From assembly GCF_036321535.1 (NCBI RefSeq), contig NC_087438.1:3412001-3476000 (forward strand): a stretch of DNA of 64,000 bases, read 5' to 3'. The DNA is from Camelus dromedarius. Its lineage: Eukaryota. Under the pieces are notes generated by a model. That model did no database searches, had not been told where the DNA came from, and worked only from the letters and a program-made list of their open reading frames with translations. Positions 1-10,225 of the stretch are shown here, one piece after another (position 1 is the first letter of the stretch; each line of letters begins with the position of its first letter). The translations under genes were made by a program, and so were the position numbers.

Positions 1-175
1 CATCCAATTTCTTGTAATAACATATAATGGAAAAGAAACTGAAAAGGAAACATATATGTGTTTGTATGCAGATAACTGAGTCACTTTGCTGCACACCTGA
101 AACTAACATCATAATCAACTACCTCAACAAAGAAACTTTTTAAATAAAGAAGGCAAAAAAAAACCCAAAAAAAAG
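1..175 (+). mobile_element. L1 3' end (cetartiodactyl-type) with A-rich tail
   Basis: ataatggaaaagaa...ataactgagtcactttgctgcacacctgaaactaaca...A-rich tail; similar to the L1 3' ends at 26711, 33190, 55439 and 57138. Confidence 0.75.
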
Positions 176-1859
176 GTGGCGGACTGATGCTCGCCACTCT
201 GCGATGAGGAAGCAGCACTCCCAGGGGAGGGGCACCTGGGGGCCTTCAAAGCGGTTTGACGGGGCCTCTTCCTAGCACTTAAACCAAGGAACTTTAAAAA
301 GGCTTGTATATTGTATGCCTACTTCATTTCATTGCTCTAGTAGTCCTTATTTTATTAAAATATAAAATTCTTATTTGTATTAAAAATGGCATCTGACACA
401 TTTTGGGAAGAAAAAAGAGGCTTGTCACCTCATCTTGTCTGAAAAGCTGAGTTCTGGATGCCAACTCTCTTCTCTGTCCGTGCCTCCTCCAGACTCACAA
501 CCCCCAGTGACCGTGCCACAGGCTTTCCTTCACAGCGACGCAGTCCGTCAACTGCACACATTCAACAACAAGAAATTCCTGGAAATCAGAGTGTTTCTGA
601 ACTGGATCCTGAGGTTCCCCCGCTGTGGGGGGCTGCCTGTCCCCCTCTCCCACCGGGCTGAAGGAGGCTCTGGGAGGCACCGCACCCCTGGGCTCCATCC
701 CTCTGCATGGCAGGCGCCCCCTCCCCCCGCCCCCAGCAGGCGTGACACAGGACTGGTGATTTTGGAAGAAGAAACAGGCGCCATCGTCCCTCCCCTCCTC
801 CTCCCTCCTGGGAGCTGCCAGCCCCTCAAGGGCAGGTCCCCTTAATTCTGCCTGACCCTGAGGCAGCACAGAGGTGCGGCACCTTCAAAAGGGGGTGGCC
901 TGAAAGGTCAAAACTTAGGGCAGAGTAAACCCAATGTCTGGGAACACTGAGAATCAAAGTAGGTGTCAGCTGTGGAGCAAGGTGTCCACTCAGAGAGGGT
1001 CTGGGCAGGGCTTGGGGCCTGTACTTTAGTGTCTGGTGGGTTTGAGGGCCTTTCAGGAGGAGCAGGTGTTCTGGGGAGTCCTCTCTATCTATTGCACCAG
1101 GGCCAACTCACGTTTCACTGTGGGAGCAACAACAAGAGCTGTTAGGCTGCAGGCTCCCTCCTACCCAGACTTCAGGGGACAGCTACAGCTCGGGGGACCC
1201 TTCCCACAGGTCCGCAGAGTCTGTGAAGGGAGACCTGAGCCTGGGGCGAAGGTGGGAGGTGCTCGGCCCGGAGTAGACCATGGGCACCAGAATGACGGCA
1301 CCGGGCAGGGGCCGCGCAGCCGAGCCAACGTGGCCACGGCAAGGACGCTGTTGTCACTGTGTCTCCATCAGAAAAGACTGGAGGGGAGATTCCAGGAGGC
1401 AAACCAGGGAGGTGCCTCCTGGAAGCAGGAGCCAGGAAACCACTGAGAAGCACAGAAGCACCCAAAAGTCTTCATTGGTGATTTTTTTTTCTGTATGAAA
1501 TTCATTCTGGTGTCTTTTCTTGCCTCCCAGATTCTCCCAGAACTTTCTAGCCTCTGTCAGGTCATCACACCACAGATATCCCCCTACTCCACCCTCCCTG
1601 CTCATCAAGATTTCATTTTTCTAATTGTTTATCGACTCAAGATGGTGAGTGGTGGATGCAAACCATCAGCTCAACATGATGGGCGTTTCATTAAGGTAAA
1701 GGCATTCGATTTAGGAAACAGTCCTAATTTTGAGATAATGTACTTACCGTATTTCATCTTAGGAAGAGGGGAGGCTGGAAAACCCATGTAGGGTTTCTTC
1801 TAGAATTTTATTTGCAAATTTTCCCAGCCCATAAAATCTGAAACCCTGCCCTGCATTCA

Positions 1860-2165
1860 TGACTGTCTGTCCTAGTCACTGAAGTTCTTCCTTAAAATAT
1901 CTTGATTCCCCTCTAATTGTCTTCATCTGTGCACACTGCCTAATTTCCAGCTTCTGCCAGTCCTATTTCTTAGCTGAACTTCTCTGTCCATTTTTCCACA
2001 ACCCCACTGTCACCATGCTGGTAGAGGCCACCATCATCTCACCTGCTTTCTGGTAAATGAGCCCACATTTGTCTTGCGACATCCTTGGCGTCTACCATCC
2101 ATTCCCCTGCTCTGACCCTGGGACGCTCTCCGCCAGTTCCTTCAAAATCACACCATGTCCTCCTC
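1860..2165 (+). mobile_element. L2 LINE fragment
   Basis: ccactgtcaccatgctggtagaggccaccatcatctcacctg resembles the L2 3' region. Confidence 0.45.
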
Positions 2166-2506
2166 ATCCGGATGGTCCGTTCAGAGGACTCAGATGAGCA
2201 GCCCACAGGAGGAGAGGCAGACAGTAGACAGCACATGCGAGGTGAGCTCCAGAGGCAGCGATGGAAGACACTGGCAGTGAACACTGGGAATAAAAACCTC
2301 ACTGAGGCACCAGCTCAGCAGCAGAGCAGAGGTGTGCTTGCCCAAAGCTCATTAGAGAGGGGAGTCAGACCCCGGCCAGGAGAACCAACAGAACTTGTCG
2401 GACGAGGGTCACAGGCCACAGTGACGGCTACCGCCCAGGGCACAGGTGCTCCCAGCCGTCCGACCGCCAGCAGCGCCAAGTAGGAAATGTTCTGATGCAC
2501 GCAGAG

Positions 2507-2770
2507 TGTGCTAGCTGGGGCTGCGGTGATGGGCGGCTTGAACAGCAGAAACGCATGGTCTCACGTGTCATCGATGTATCGTCAGCAGTCCTGGATCAAG
2601 GTGTCGACGGGGCTGGTTCCTTCTGAGGCTGTGGGGGACACCCTGTTGCGTGCTCTTTTCCCTGGCTTCTAGGCGTTGTGGACAACCTCTGGCGTTCCTT
2701 GGCTTGTGGAGACATCGTCCGCTCTCTGCTGTTGTGTGGCCTGGCCCTCTCCCTGTGAGCACGTCCCCTC
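2507..2770 (-). mobile_element. MaLR (MLT1-type) LTR fragment
   Basis: gatcaaggtgtcgacggggctggttccttctgaggctgtg...ggcgttccttggcttgtgg is the reverse of the MLT1 core. Confidence 0.7.
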
Positions 2771-3183
2771 CAGAACCCCCGACAGCACGCAGGAGCACTC
2801 CCAGCCCGGCCCAGCAGGCCCGTCCGCACCTCCAGGCAACCAGCCAGCACACGGGCCCACAAACAAGAAGAAATGGTTCTCATTGTAAGTTATGGGGTAT
2901 TTTCTTGGGCAGCAATAGCTAAGGGATATGTCAACTTTCAACATCTACCTGTGTGCTCATTGGAAGAAAACACGTTCAGCAGAAGCCAGTGTGGTTCTGG
3001 ACCAGATGACACGGGGCACAAATGTTGAGTCTAATGAACCAAGGTTTCCAAGTGAAGGGTCTTCTGACACCGGTTACCTTATGAACAGCTTCAGCACCTG
3101 GCAGTGGGGGGGGTAGGTCAGAGGCCTTGGTGCGGAGGGGTGTTGATTACCAGTGATACTAATAACCAACAGTTAATGGACGC

Positions 3184-3362
3184 TGTGAGTGAGAAGTACT
3201 GCCTGCCATGCTGGAGCTGCAAACTCCTGTGTGTCCTGGCTCCCCCCTGCCTCTTAGGAGCCGTCCCTCAGAGCGACCTGAGAGGCTGTCATCCCACGCT
3301 TAAGTCCTCAGAAATGTCCACCGAATAAAACTTTTAGGTTGTGCATTTTTTTTCAGTTGACA
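3184..3362 (+). mobile_element. Internally deleted MER41-like ERV1 solo LTR
   Basis: The 3' ~145 nt align directly with 48965-49122 (ctcagaaatgtcc..gaataaaac..cttttaggttgtgcattt..gaca); the first ~26 nt loosely resemble the LTR 5' end. Confidence 0.7.
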
Positions 3363-4119
3363 ATACTAATGATTGTAATACATCTACTATAATAAATATT
3401 ACTTTAACACTAAATTATTAATATTTTATATAATGATTTTTTTTTTTTGGAGCTAAATCTCTGTGTGTTTAACCATAAGGGGAAAGGAGCTTATAAAAGT
3501 CACACTCTGAATTCAAGAATCCAGTGTGGTCTGCCCTCCTTGGTTCCCAGTCTTTCTTCTTTCTTTTTCTAAAAAGAGTGAAGTTGCAAAGAGGAGAGAT
3601 CCAGATTCTAGAGTGTACCCAGAACAGAACCAGCACCACAGTCAGTGAGCTGAGCTGTCTGGGTTGGTTTAGGGCTGAAGGACACCGGGGCCCGCAGGTC
3701 AAGGCCGTGGAACCCTGTTGGCCCCAGGAGCTGAGATGTTCAGTTTCAGCCAGGACCCTCTGGGATCTTGAGGAAATAAAGGGAATGTGTGATGCCTGGC
3801 CAACAATTTTGAAAGAACTTTCTTCCATGTTCGCCTGATCCCTCAAGTTGTACTACATCAGGCTTCACCACAGGTTCTAATGTCACATAATCCACAAGAC
3901 ACATTGCCCAGTCCTAACCTTTCCCTTTGGGAATTCAAAGTTCCCTGCATCAAAAAAAAATTTTTTTTTTCTTGTTTCTTTATATGGCGTTTCACACTGC
4001 AGAGGTACTCTTTCTACTTTTAAGCAGATAAACCCCTTGTTGGAAAGTGGGGCCTGGCCCAGTCTGACCTCATGGGTCAAGGGACATGCTCTTACCCCAC
4101 CCATCTAGGGAGCTAATTA

Positions 4120-4711
4120 TAGGTCAAGGCTGTCACCTGTGTCTCTGAACCATCATGGATGGGAGATTCCTACAGCCCCTCCTTGGGTTCCATTAACTTG
4201 CTAGCGCAGCTCACAGAGCTCAGAGAAACATTGCACCTAACAGATTACTGGTTTATTATAAAAAGATATAATTCAGGAACAGCCAAACAAAAGAGATGCT
4301 TAGGGCAAGGTGTGGGCAAGGGTGTGGGGTTTCCGTGCCCTCTCCCGGCACCCGCTCCCCCAGTCTCTGCCTGTTCACCAACCTGGAAGCGCTCTGAGTC
4401 CGGTCCTCGCGGGTTTTTAAGGAGGCTCCATTACACAGGCATGTCTGACCATGTCATCAGCCACTGGTGCCTGACGCAACCTCCAGCCCCCTTCCCTCCC
4501 TGGAGGTCAGGGGGTGAGAACGAAAGCCTCAACCCTCTAATCACAGGGTTGGGTCCCCTGGCACCTGGCCTCATACTTGGTGCAAAGTCACCTCATTAAC
4601 ATCACAAAAGACACCTTTATTGCTCTCAGCACGCAGGTAATTCCAACAGTTTGGGAGCTCGCGCCAGAAATCAGAGGAAGACCAAATATGTGGATCTAGT
4701 TGTAAATCACA
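4120..4711 (-). mobile_element. ERV LTR, MER21-like
   Basis: Motifs ctccttgggttccattaacttgctag..ctcacagagctcag, caaccctctaatcac, agtcacctcattaaca, acaaaagacac; minus-strand AATAAA near 4252; TGTGA start at 4711 on the minus strand. Confidence 0.65.
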
Positions 4712-6853
4712 AATCTTGTAGGTCGAGTGTTCTGTGGTCCTTCTACACCCAGCTCACCGCGTGCCCTCGTCTCAGCGCCCACCCTGGCCCCCAGGCTGCA
4801 GTCTGCCCTCCGTCTGGAAAGAGCGTTGAAATCGGGAACTGAGAAAACTGAAAAACATTCTGACTGTAAATGATGAAAAAAATGTTTCTTTCTTCACAAT
4901 GAAGAGATTCATTTTGGCAGTATTCAAAAGGGGGGAAAGTTCCTAAAAGTGAATCCTTTTAGACCAGCCATTCTTTCATTCCATCTGTTGAACTTATAAA
5001 CAGAGAGCCCGTGGGTGTCCTCATGTGACTGGAGTTAGACTCGGGAAGTCTGATTCCCTTGCGGGCTATGTCTGACACAATTAGTGGTAATTAGAGATCC
5101 TCGTTTCCCGAGCACGCGATGCCCTGTACTCCGGACGCAGGGTCCTCTGCCTCCTGCAGAGCCCTCGCCAGCCTGCGGTCTCCCTGGGGCAGCTTGCTGC
5201 AGGGCGCGCTGGGCTGGGCGCTAGTCAGGACCCGTGTGTACCTGAGTGCGTGCGAGGGGGGCTCTAGGGCCATCCCCAAAGCCCTTCTGTAAATAATTCT
5301 TCCACTTTTGAAGAGTGTTTTCAAATGAATAAGAGAGAGAGAGAGAGAATGAGGGCGCGCAGGAGCCAGCCCCTGCACAGCCAGAGGGCTCTGCCGTCCC
5401 TGCCCAGGACGTCTGGCACCGCAGGACCGCCACAGGCAAGAGCCACCTACAGGCCCAGGGCAAGCTGGGCAAAGAGGCCAGAGACCACTGCCACCAATTC
5501 CCTCTCCATCCTGCTCTCCCAAATACACAAAACAGGCAAAGCTGGGTTAAACTGAACCATGAGGGACACCAGAACCATGAAGCACGAACCCAGACTCCCG
5601 GGACCTACTGGAGGTTAGAGGTCAAGAAGGCCAGGAACAGTCGGTGGAGCAGAGAGGTCACAGGCACAGCACGTGCTTGGGAACAAGCGCTGGCACACGG
5701 TGCACTCGCGCTCCAGCGCAGACGCATGCGGGGGTTGGGGCGGCACACTTAGACCGGCACACTTAGGCCGGCACTGACGCGCGTACGCGTGTACATGCGT
5801 GCTCATATTCAAACGTACACACGTACTTCCTTCAGTAGGCGTAGAACACGCTCTGGCTTCATAGCCAGGCTGGTGACTGAGTGTCTGCTGCTCCCTCGGC
5901 CTCCTTGCAAGACCCGCCCGGTGGCGGCACTGTCCTGGGCCAGGACCCATCCGCGACCCCAAAGCCTCCCATCGACCGATCGACCCGCTGTACCCAGGCA
6001 GCCAGCAGCCCCTGCACAGGCACTCCTAGCAAGGCCAGTCAAGGGCGACCGAGAAGCGGCAAGGGAGCCCAGGGCAGACTGCGTGGAAGACGGCGTTCCT
6101 CGACCCCCTTGTCTTCCATCACTTCACAAGCCCCGAGTAACACACAACCGTGTATACCCAGATCCACGCGTCCCCAAGAAGATCCTAGCGCCTCTATTTC
6201 TCAGCTGATCTCCTTCGGGGCAGGAGGACCGACCCAGCTGAGCCCAGGCGCCCTCCCACCGCATTCCGGCGGGCGGCAGGTGTCTGGCCTTTGGATGCGC
6301 AGCTCCAGCCCAAGGGAGTGGGGCTCGGGTAGAGCCGGGGGCGGTGCGGCCAGGTGCCAGCCAGTCCAGCAGCGGACTGCAGGTCCAGAGGGTCCCGGGT
6401 GGGCGCTCGGCCCAACCTTCTCGCCCCTCTCCCGCCCCCGGCCATCCTCTCCAGCCGCGTGCCCTCGGGACCGCCGGCAAGGCATCGACTGCGGCGAGCG
6501 CGCGGTCCTCCTCCCCTCGCGCCCCACCCCGGCGCCCTCTCTCTTGCCTCTTTCCTCCCCTGTCGCTTCTCCCCTCCCGTCCTCGCCCTCCCACCTCCTG
6601 CCCTCTTCTGCCCTGCCCTCCCCCTCCCCGGCTCTCCCACGGTGCGGGCGGGTTCTCCGCCGCCGCCCCCGCCGCCGCGGCCACCACTCCGCCCCCCGCG
6701 CGGCGCGGAGCCGCAGTAATAAGCCCGGCGCGGGCGGCGCAGCCACTGCGGGGCATCGTCCTGCGCGCGGGCCGGGTCGGTCCTCGGTGTCCACTTGCAC
6801 GCCGCCGGGCTGGGGAGCATCCCGCGGCCCCGGGCCCCTCCGAGCGCCCCTGG

Positions 6854-6985
6854 ATGAAGCCGTGCGTTATCCCCGCGGGGGCGCAGCGCCGGCGGCGGGC
6901 GCGGGGCGCTAAGGGCAGCCCCGCCATGCGGGTCCCCGGCTGCGCGGCGCTCTGGTTGCTGCTGCTGGCTCAGGTGGGTGTGCAG
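6854..6985 (+). CDS. ADAMTS16: ADAMTS16 coding exon 1 (signal peptide; MKPCVIPAGAQRRRRARGAKGSPAMRVPGCAALWLLLLAQVGVQ; alternative start at 6926)
   Basis: ATG at 6854 and an in-frame ATG at 6926; hydrophobic AALWLLLLAQ core; donor CAG|gtgagt at 6985/6986, phase 0. Which start is used is uncertain. Confidence 0.85.
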
Positions 6986-7072
6986 GTGAGTCCCCGACTC
7001 CGGGGCAGGGTCCCGAAGGCGCCCCTGGCTCAGACCCCGTCTCACCGAGGTGTCGCCGCTGTTTTCCAGCAG

Positions 7073-7175
7073 GCACCTGTGTACGCCGTGGGACCCGCAG
7101 CGACCTCGCCCGGGAACCCGAGCGTCCGGCGTCCTCCTCGTCCCGCGGAGCGGCTGGGCTGGGTGGAAAAGGGCG
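7073..7175 (+). CDS. ADAMTS16: ADAMTS16 coding exon 2 (APVYAVGPAATSPGNPSVRRPPRPAERLGWVEKG)
   Basis: Acceptor ttttccagcag|GCA; donor GGCG|gtaagt; 103 nt, ends in phase 1, which fits exon 3. Confidence 0.9.
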
Positions 7176-8195
7176 GTAAGTCTGCGACGGGGGGTGGAAT
7201 CCTTGCAGTAGAAGCTCGTGAACCCCCTTAGCGCTGGTTTACAGGGTGCTGCAAATGTTGACAACTCTAGGAACTTTCTGTAAGTTGCTGCAGTGCATCC
7301 AACCTGTGAGTCAACTCTCACCAATAGTTATAGTTTCCCTGTAAAACAGAAGCAGGTTTACCAGCGTTATTACCATAAACATTAGGGAAGAAAGTAAGGA
7401 AATGCACCTATTTAAAAAAATTAAAGATGGAAGGGATAGTCTTGGAGTTGTATTAGTGTATACCTCAAAGCAATTATAAGCAGCTTATTTCGCCCTTCTC
7501 ATCCCCTCAGCTCCCTGCCCCTCCTGTTTCCCCATGACCTTTTAACTTGAACATCCTTCACTGTCTCAGCAGGGAGCATCAGCCAGCCACTGTTGCCCAG
7601 CACTTCTTAGTATCCAAACGGATGCTCTTCGGAGTTGGGCATAATTGAAACATAGTAGTTCACGGAATGGGTAATTAGCGTTTTGTGACGTCAGAAGCAA
7701 TGTCCAAGGTTGTGCCACGATTTGGCATAAAGGCAAGTCTGACCCTTCTGCAATGTGTGGTTTTACATTCGCCGTTCACAGGGAGCATTTATCATTCCAT
7801 GTCTCACGGGAAGTACTTCTCCATCCTGAGCTACTTTAGGGTAAACGAGAAAGCAGGCGTGCAACGTCAGTTGCTAGCTGATTTTTATCTGAACCCAGTC
7901 CATTGGCAGTTGTTAACTATGAGTACTTTGCATCATTTCCAACTATTAATTACCATCTCAAATGTTACTAGTGACTTACAGAAGAAGAATTAGGTTTGAT
8001 TATCCCAACATAGTTGCAGAAAACTGGAAAATTTGAGTCAATAATTCAGAATTCCTGCGTGTTGATAACGTTCCACAAAGACAGTAATTAAATATTTGCA
8101 TTAATCATTGAGATTCTCTCTTCCTGAATGCTGTATGAATAGCCTATAAATAAAGTGATAAATCAGATGAATGCTGGAACGTGGGACCTTTTTGG

Positions 8196-8214
8196 GGGCC
8201 ACCAGAGGGCGCTA
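8196..8214 (+). promoter_or_regulatory. Candidate CTCF binding site in intron 2
   Basis: GGGCCACCAGAGGGCGCTA closely matches the CTCF core consensus (TGGCCACCAG(G/A)GGGCGCTA) and sits in otherwise AT-rich DNA. Confidence 0.7.
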
Positions 8215-9373
8215 GATGTAAATGAGAGAAAATGTTTAAAAATTGCTTGTCACCATGTTTTTGCAAGAGAAAGCTAATCTGTTTAAAGCTCACCTTCTTG
8301 GGCTTGCCGTTGTCTTCTTTAATGATTCATGCTACTATATAATCATTCATATTGTAGTCAGTTGTCCTTCCCCACTTAAAAAAAAAAGATTTTTGTGAAA
8401 ATTCTAGTTTTCTAAAATCATGAATATTCCTGAAGGTCTCAGGAGGTTTTTCAGAGTGCAATCTAGCATTTACGAAGTTTTCTGTTAGGTGAGAGCATTA
8501 GAGAACCACTTCCAGGAGAAGCCAAGACTTCCTTCCTGCCCCAGTGTGCCCTCCTTCCACAAGCTGGACCCCTGGCTGCCTGGCACGTGCATCTAATCCC
8601 CTGGCATCTCAGCTGGTGTCCTGAGCCAGGCGTTCCCATGACAACCATTTACCTCTCTTGCTCAGAACCTCAAGGGGAAGGTGTGAGTCTTCATCAGTGA
8701 TGTCCTGAGGTTCTAGCTTAGGGGACACACACCCCCGCCCCCCCCCATGCAAGTGTTTCCTGTCTTCAGTTACAGAAGGCTCAGTGGAGAGGGCGGGGCT
8801 CAGTGGGAAGCGTTCGCACCCCGGAGAACAGAGTCTTGCTGCGCAGCGCGTCACCTCTTTTGACTTAGGGCAGCAGAGCTGGAGGAGGCTTTGTGCGACG
8901 CTGCTGTTAGCTTCCTGCCGGATGTCTAGGTATCCGTTCAAAACCCCACATCGGCACTGAAGTATCTCTTTTGGCCATAAGGTTTGTTTACCACATATTT
9001 CAACCTGTCTTTCCCATGGCGCTGGGTGTCTGCAGTAATTTCGCACTAAGAGAGAGAACCCCATGTATTCTGTGAGACAACAGGAGGAAACTGAGATCAG
9101 TTCTGTTTTTAGACATGAAGTGCACCCACTTCATTCTGGCTGATCCACATCGCTTTGCCTTAATAGAAGACTTGAATGCTTGTCCCGCAGATTTACCTTG
9201 GGTCTTGTTAAGAGCAGAGACATAGCGCAAGTTTGTTAACTTCCAGGTCATGGGTCAGAAGTTCTTGAGGACTATGCGTCCTTGGACGTGAGCGACGTGT
9301 GTTTGTGTGTGTGCACTGAAGTTTATATTGATTCCTACTCACACACCCACACAACACGAGACCAGCTGGCCCG

Positions 9374-9569
9374 GCGGTGAGCTTGTTAATGGTTAGCAAC
9401 AGGCTCTCAGGGCTCTGGTTTGTAACCTTTGCTGGTTCCCAAGGGCTAAATACGCCCACTGTGGCTGATTCCGAGCTATGGAGGCACTGCCCTTGAACAC
9501 AGAGTTAGGACGCCACTTGCAAAATCGGTTCTCTGCAGCTAGCATAAGCCAGGCTGAGCATACTCACTG
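9374..9569 (-). mobile_element. hAT DNA transposon remnant (MER63-like)
   Basis: aacaggctctc...taaatacgcccactgtggctgattccgagcta...aatcggttctc...cactg fits reverse MER63 as recalled. Confidence 0.55.
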
Positions 9570-10019
9570 GAGGTCCACGCCTCCTGCACTGAGTTTGGGA
9601 CTGGGGTGTCTCTGGACTTGCTGTTGTGGTCAAGAAACCTCTTAAAATCCAGCAGTCCGGGGTGCTGACTGGTACAGCCATGTGTGAGTCTTTTCAGCTT
9701 ATGGAAAGCCTCTGCAGAACTGGGATCTCACTAAAGGATTGTCAAGGGTCAGGAATCTCAGTAATGCTTTTCTCTTGAAATCACCAGACAGTAGTTCAGG
9801 GTATTATCATCTTAAAACCTAAGCTCGGGAGTCAGTTTAAAACTGTGAGTTCACTGTGATGATATATTAACTTCTCTGGGAACAGCAGGAAGTGTGTATG
9901 GTGAGAAGCTATGCTTGCTTTGTTCATTCACTGAATTCTTTGGCTCTGACCTCTTTCACATTCATCTGCACGTAACCAAGAGAGCCTGTTTGACACCAAG
10001 GACCGTGCTCTGGGGGAAT

Positions 10020-10225
10020 CAGGGTTTCCTGGCACTGCTGATGCTTTGTTGTGGGAGTCTGCCCTGTGCGTGAAAGGATGTGTAGCCACATTCCTGGATT
10101 CACCCAACAGATTCCAAAAGCACCACGCTCCCCTCCTGCTTTGTGACAATCACAGTGTCTCCAGACATAGCCAAGTGTCTCTTGGGGGTTGGGGGCAGGG
10201 TAGCACCCTTGTTGGGAACCACCGG
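10020..10225 (-). mobile_element. MER20 (hAT-Charlie) DNA transposon remnant
   Basis: ttgtgacaatcacagtgtctccagacatagccaagtgtc...gttgggaaccac is the reverse MER20 signature. Confidence 0.75.

Larger units (their letters stand above)
5650..7240. promoter_or_regulatory. Promoter CpG island of ADAMTS16 spanning exons 1-2
   Basis: Very GC/CpG-dense stretch over the first exons; GC boxes; perfect EGR1/WT1-type site CGCCCCCGC at 6664-6672; TATA-like TAATAA at 6717-6722. Boundaries are estimated by eye. Confidence 0.85.

Noticed and set aside
5881..7324. Long overlapping ORFs (343, 376, 295, 267 aa) on both strands
   Set aside because: Pro/Arg/Gly/Ala-rich products of a CpG island with few stop codons; only the exon 1-2 part of 6344-7231 is ADAMTS16.
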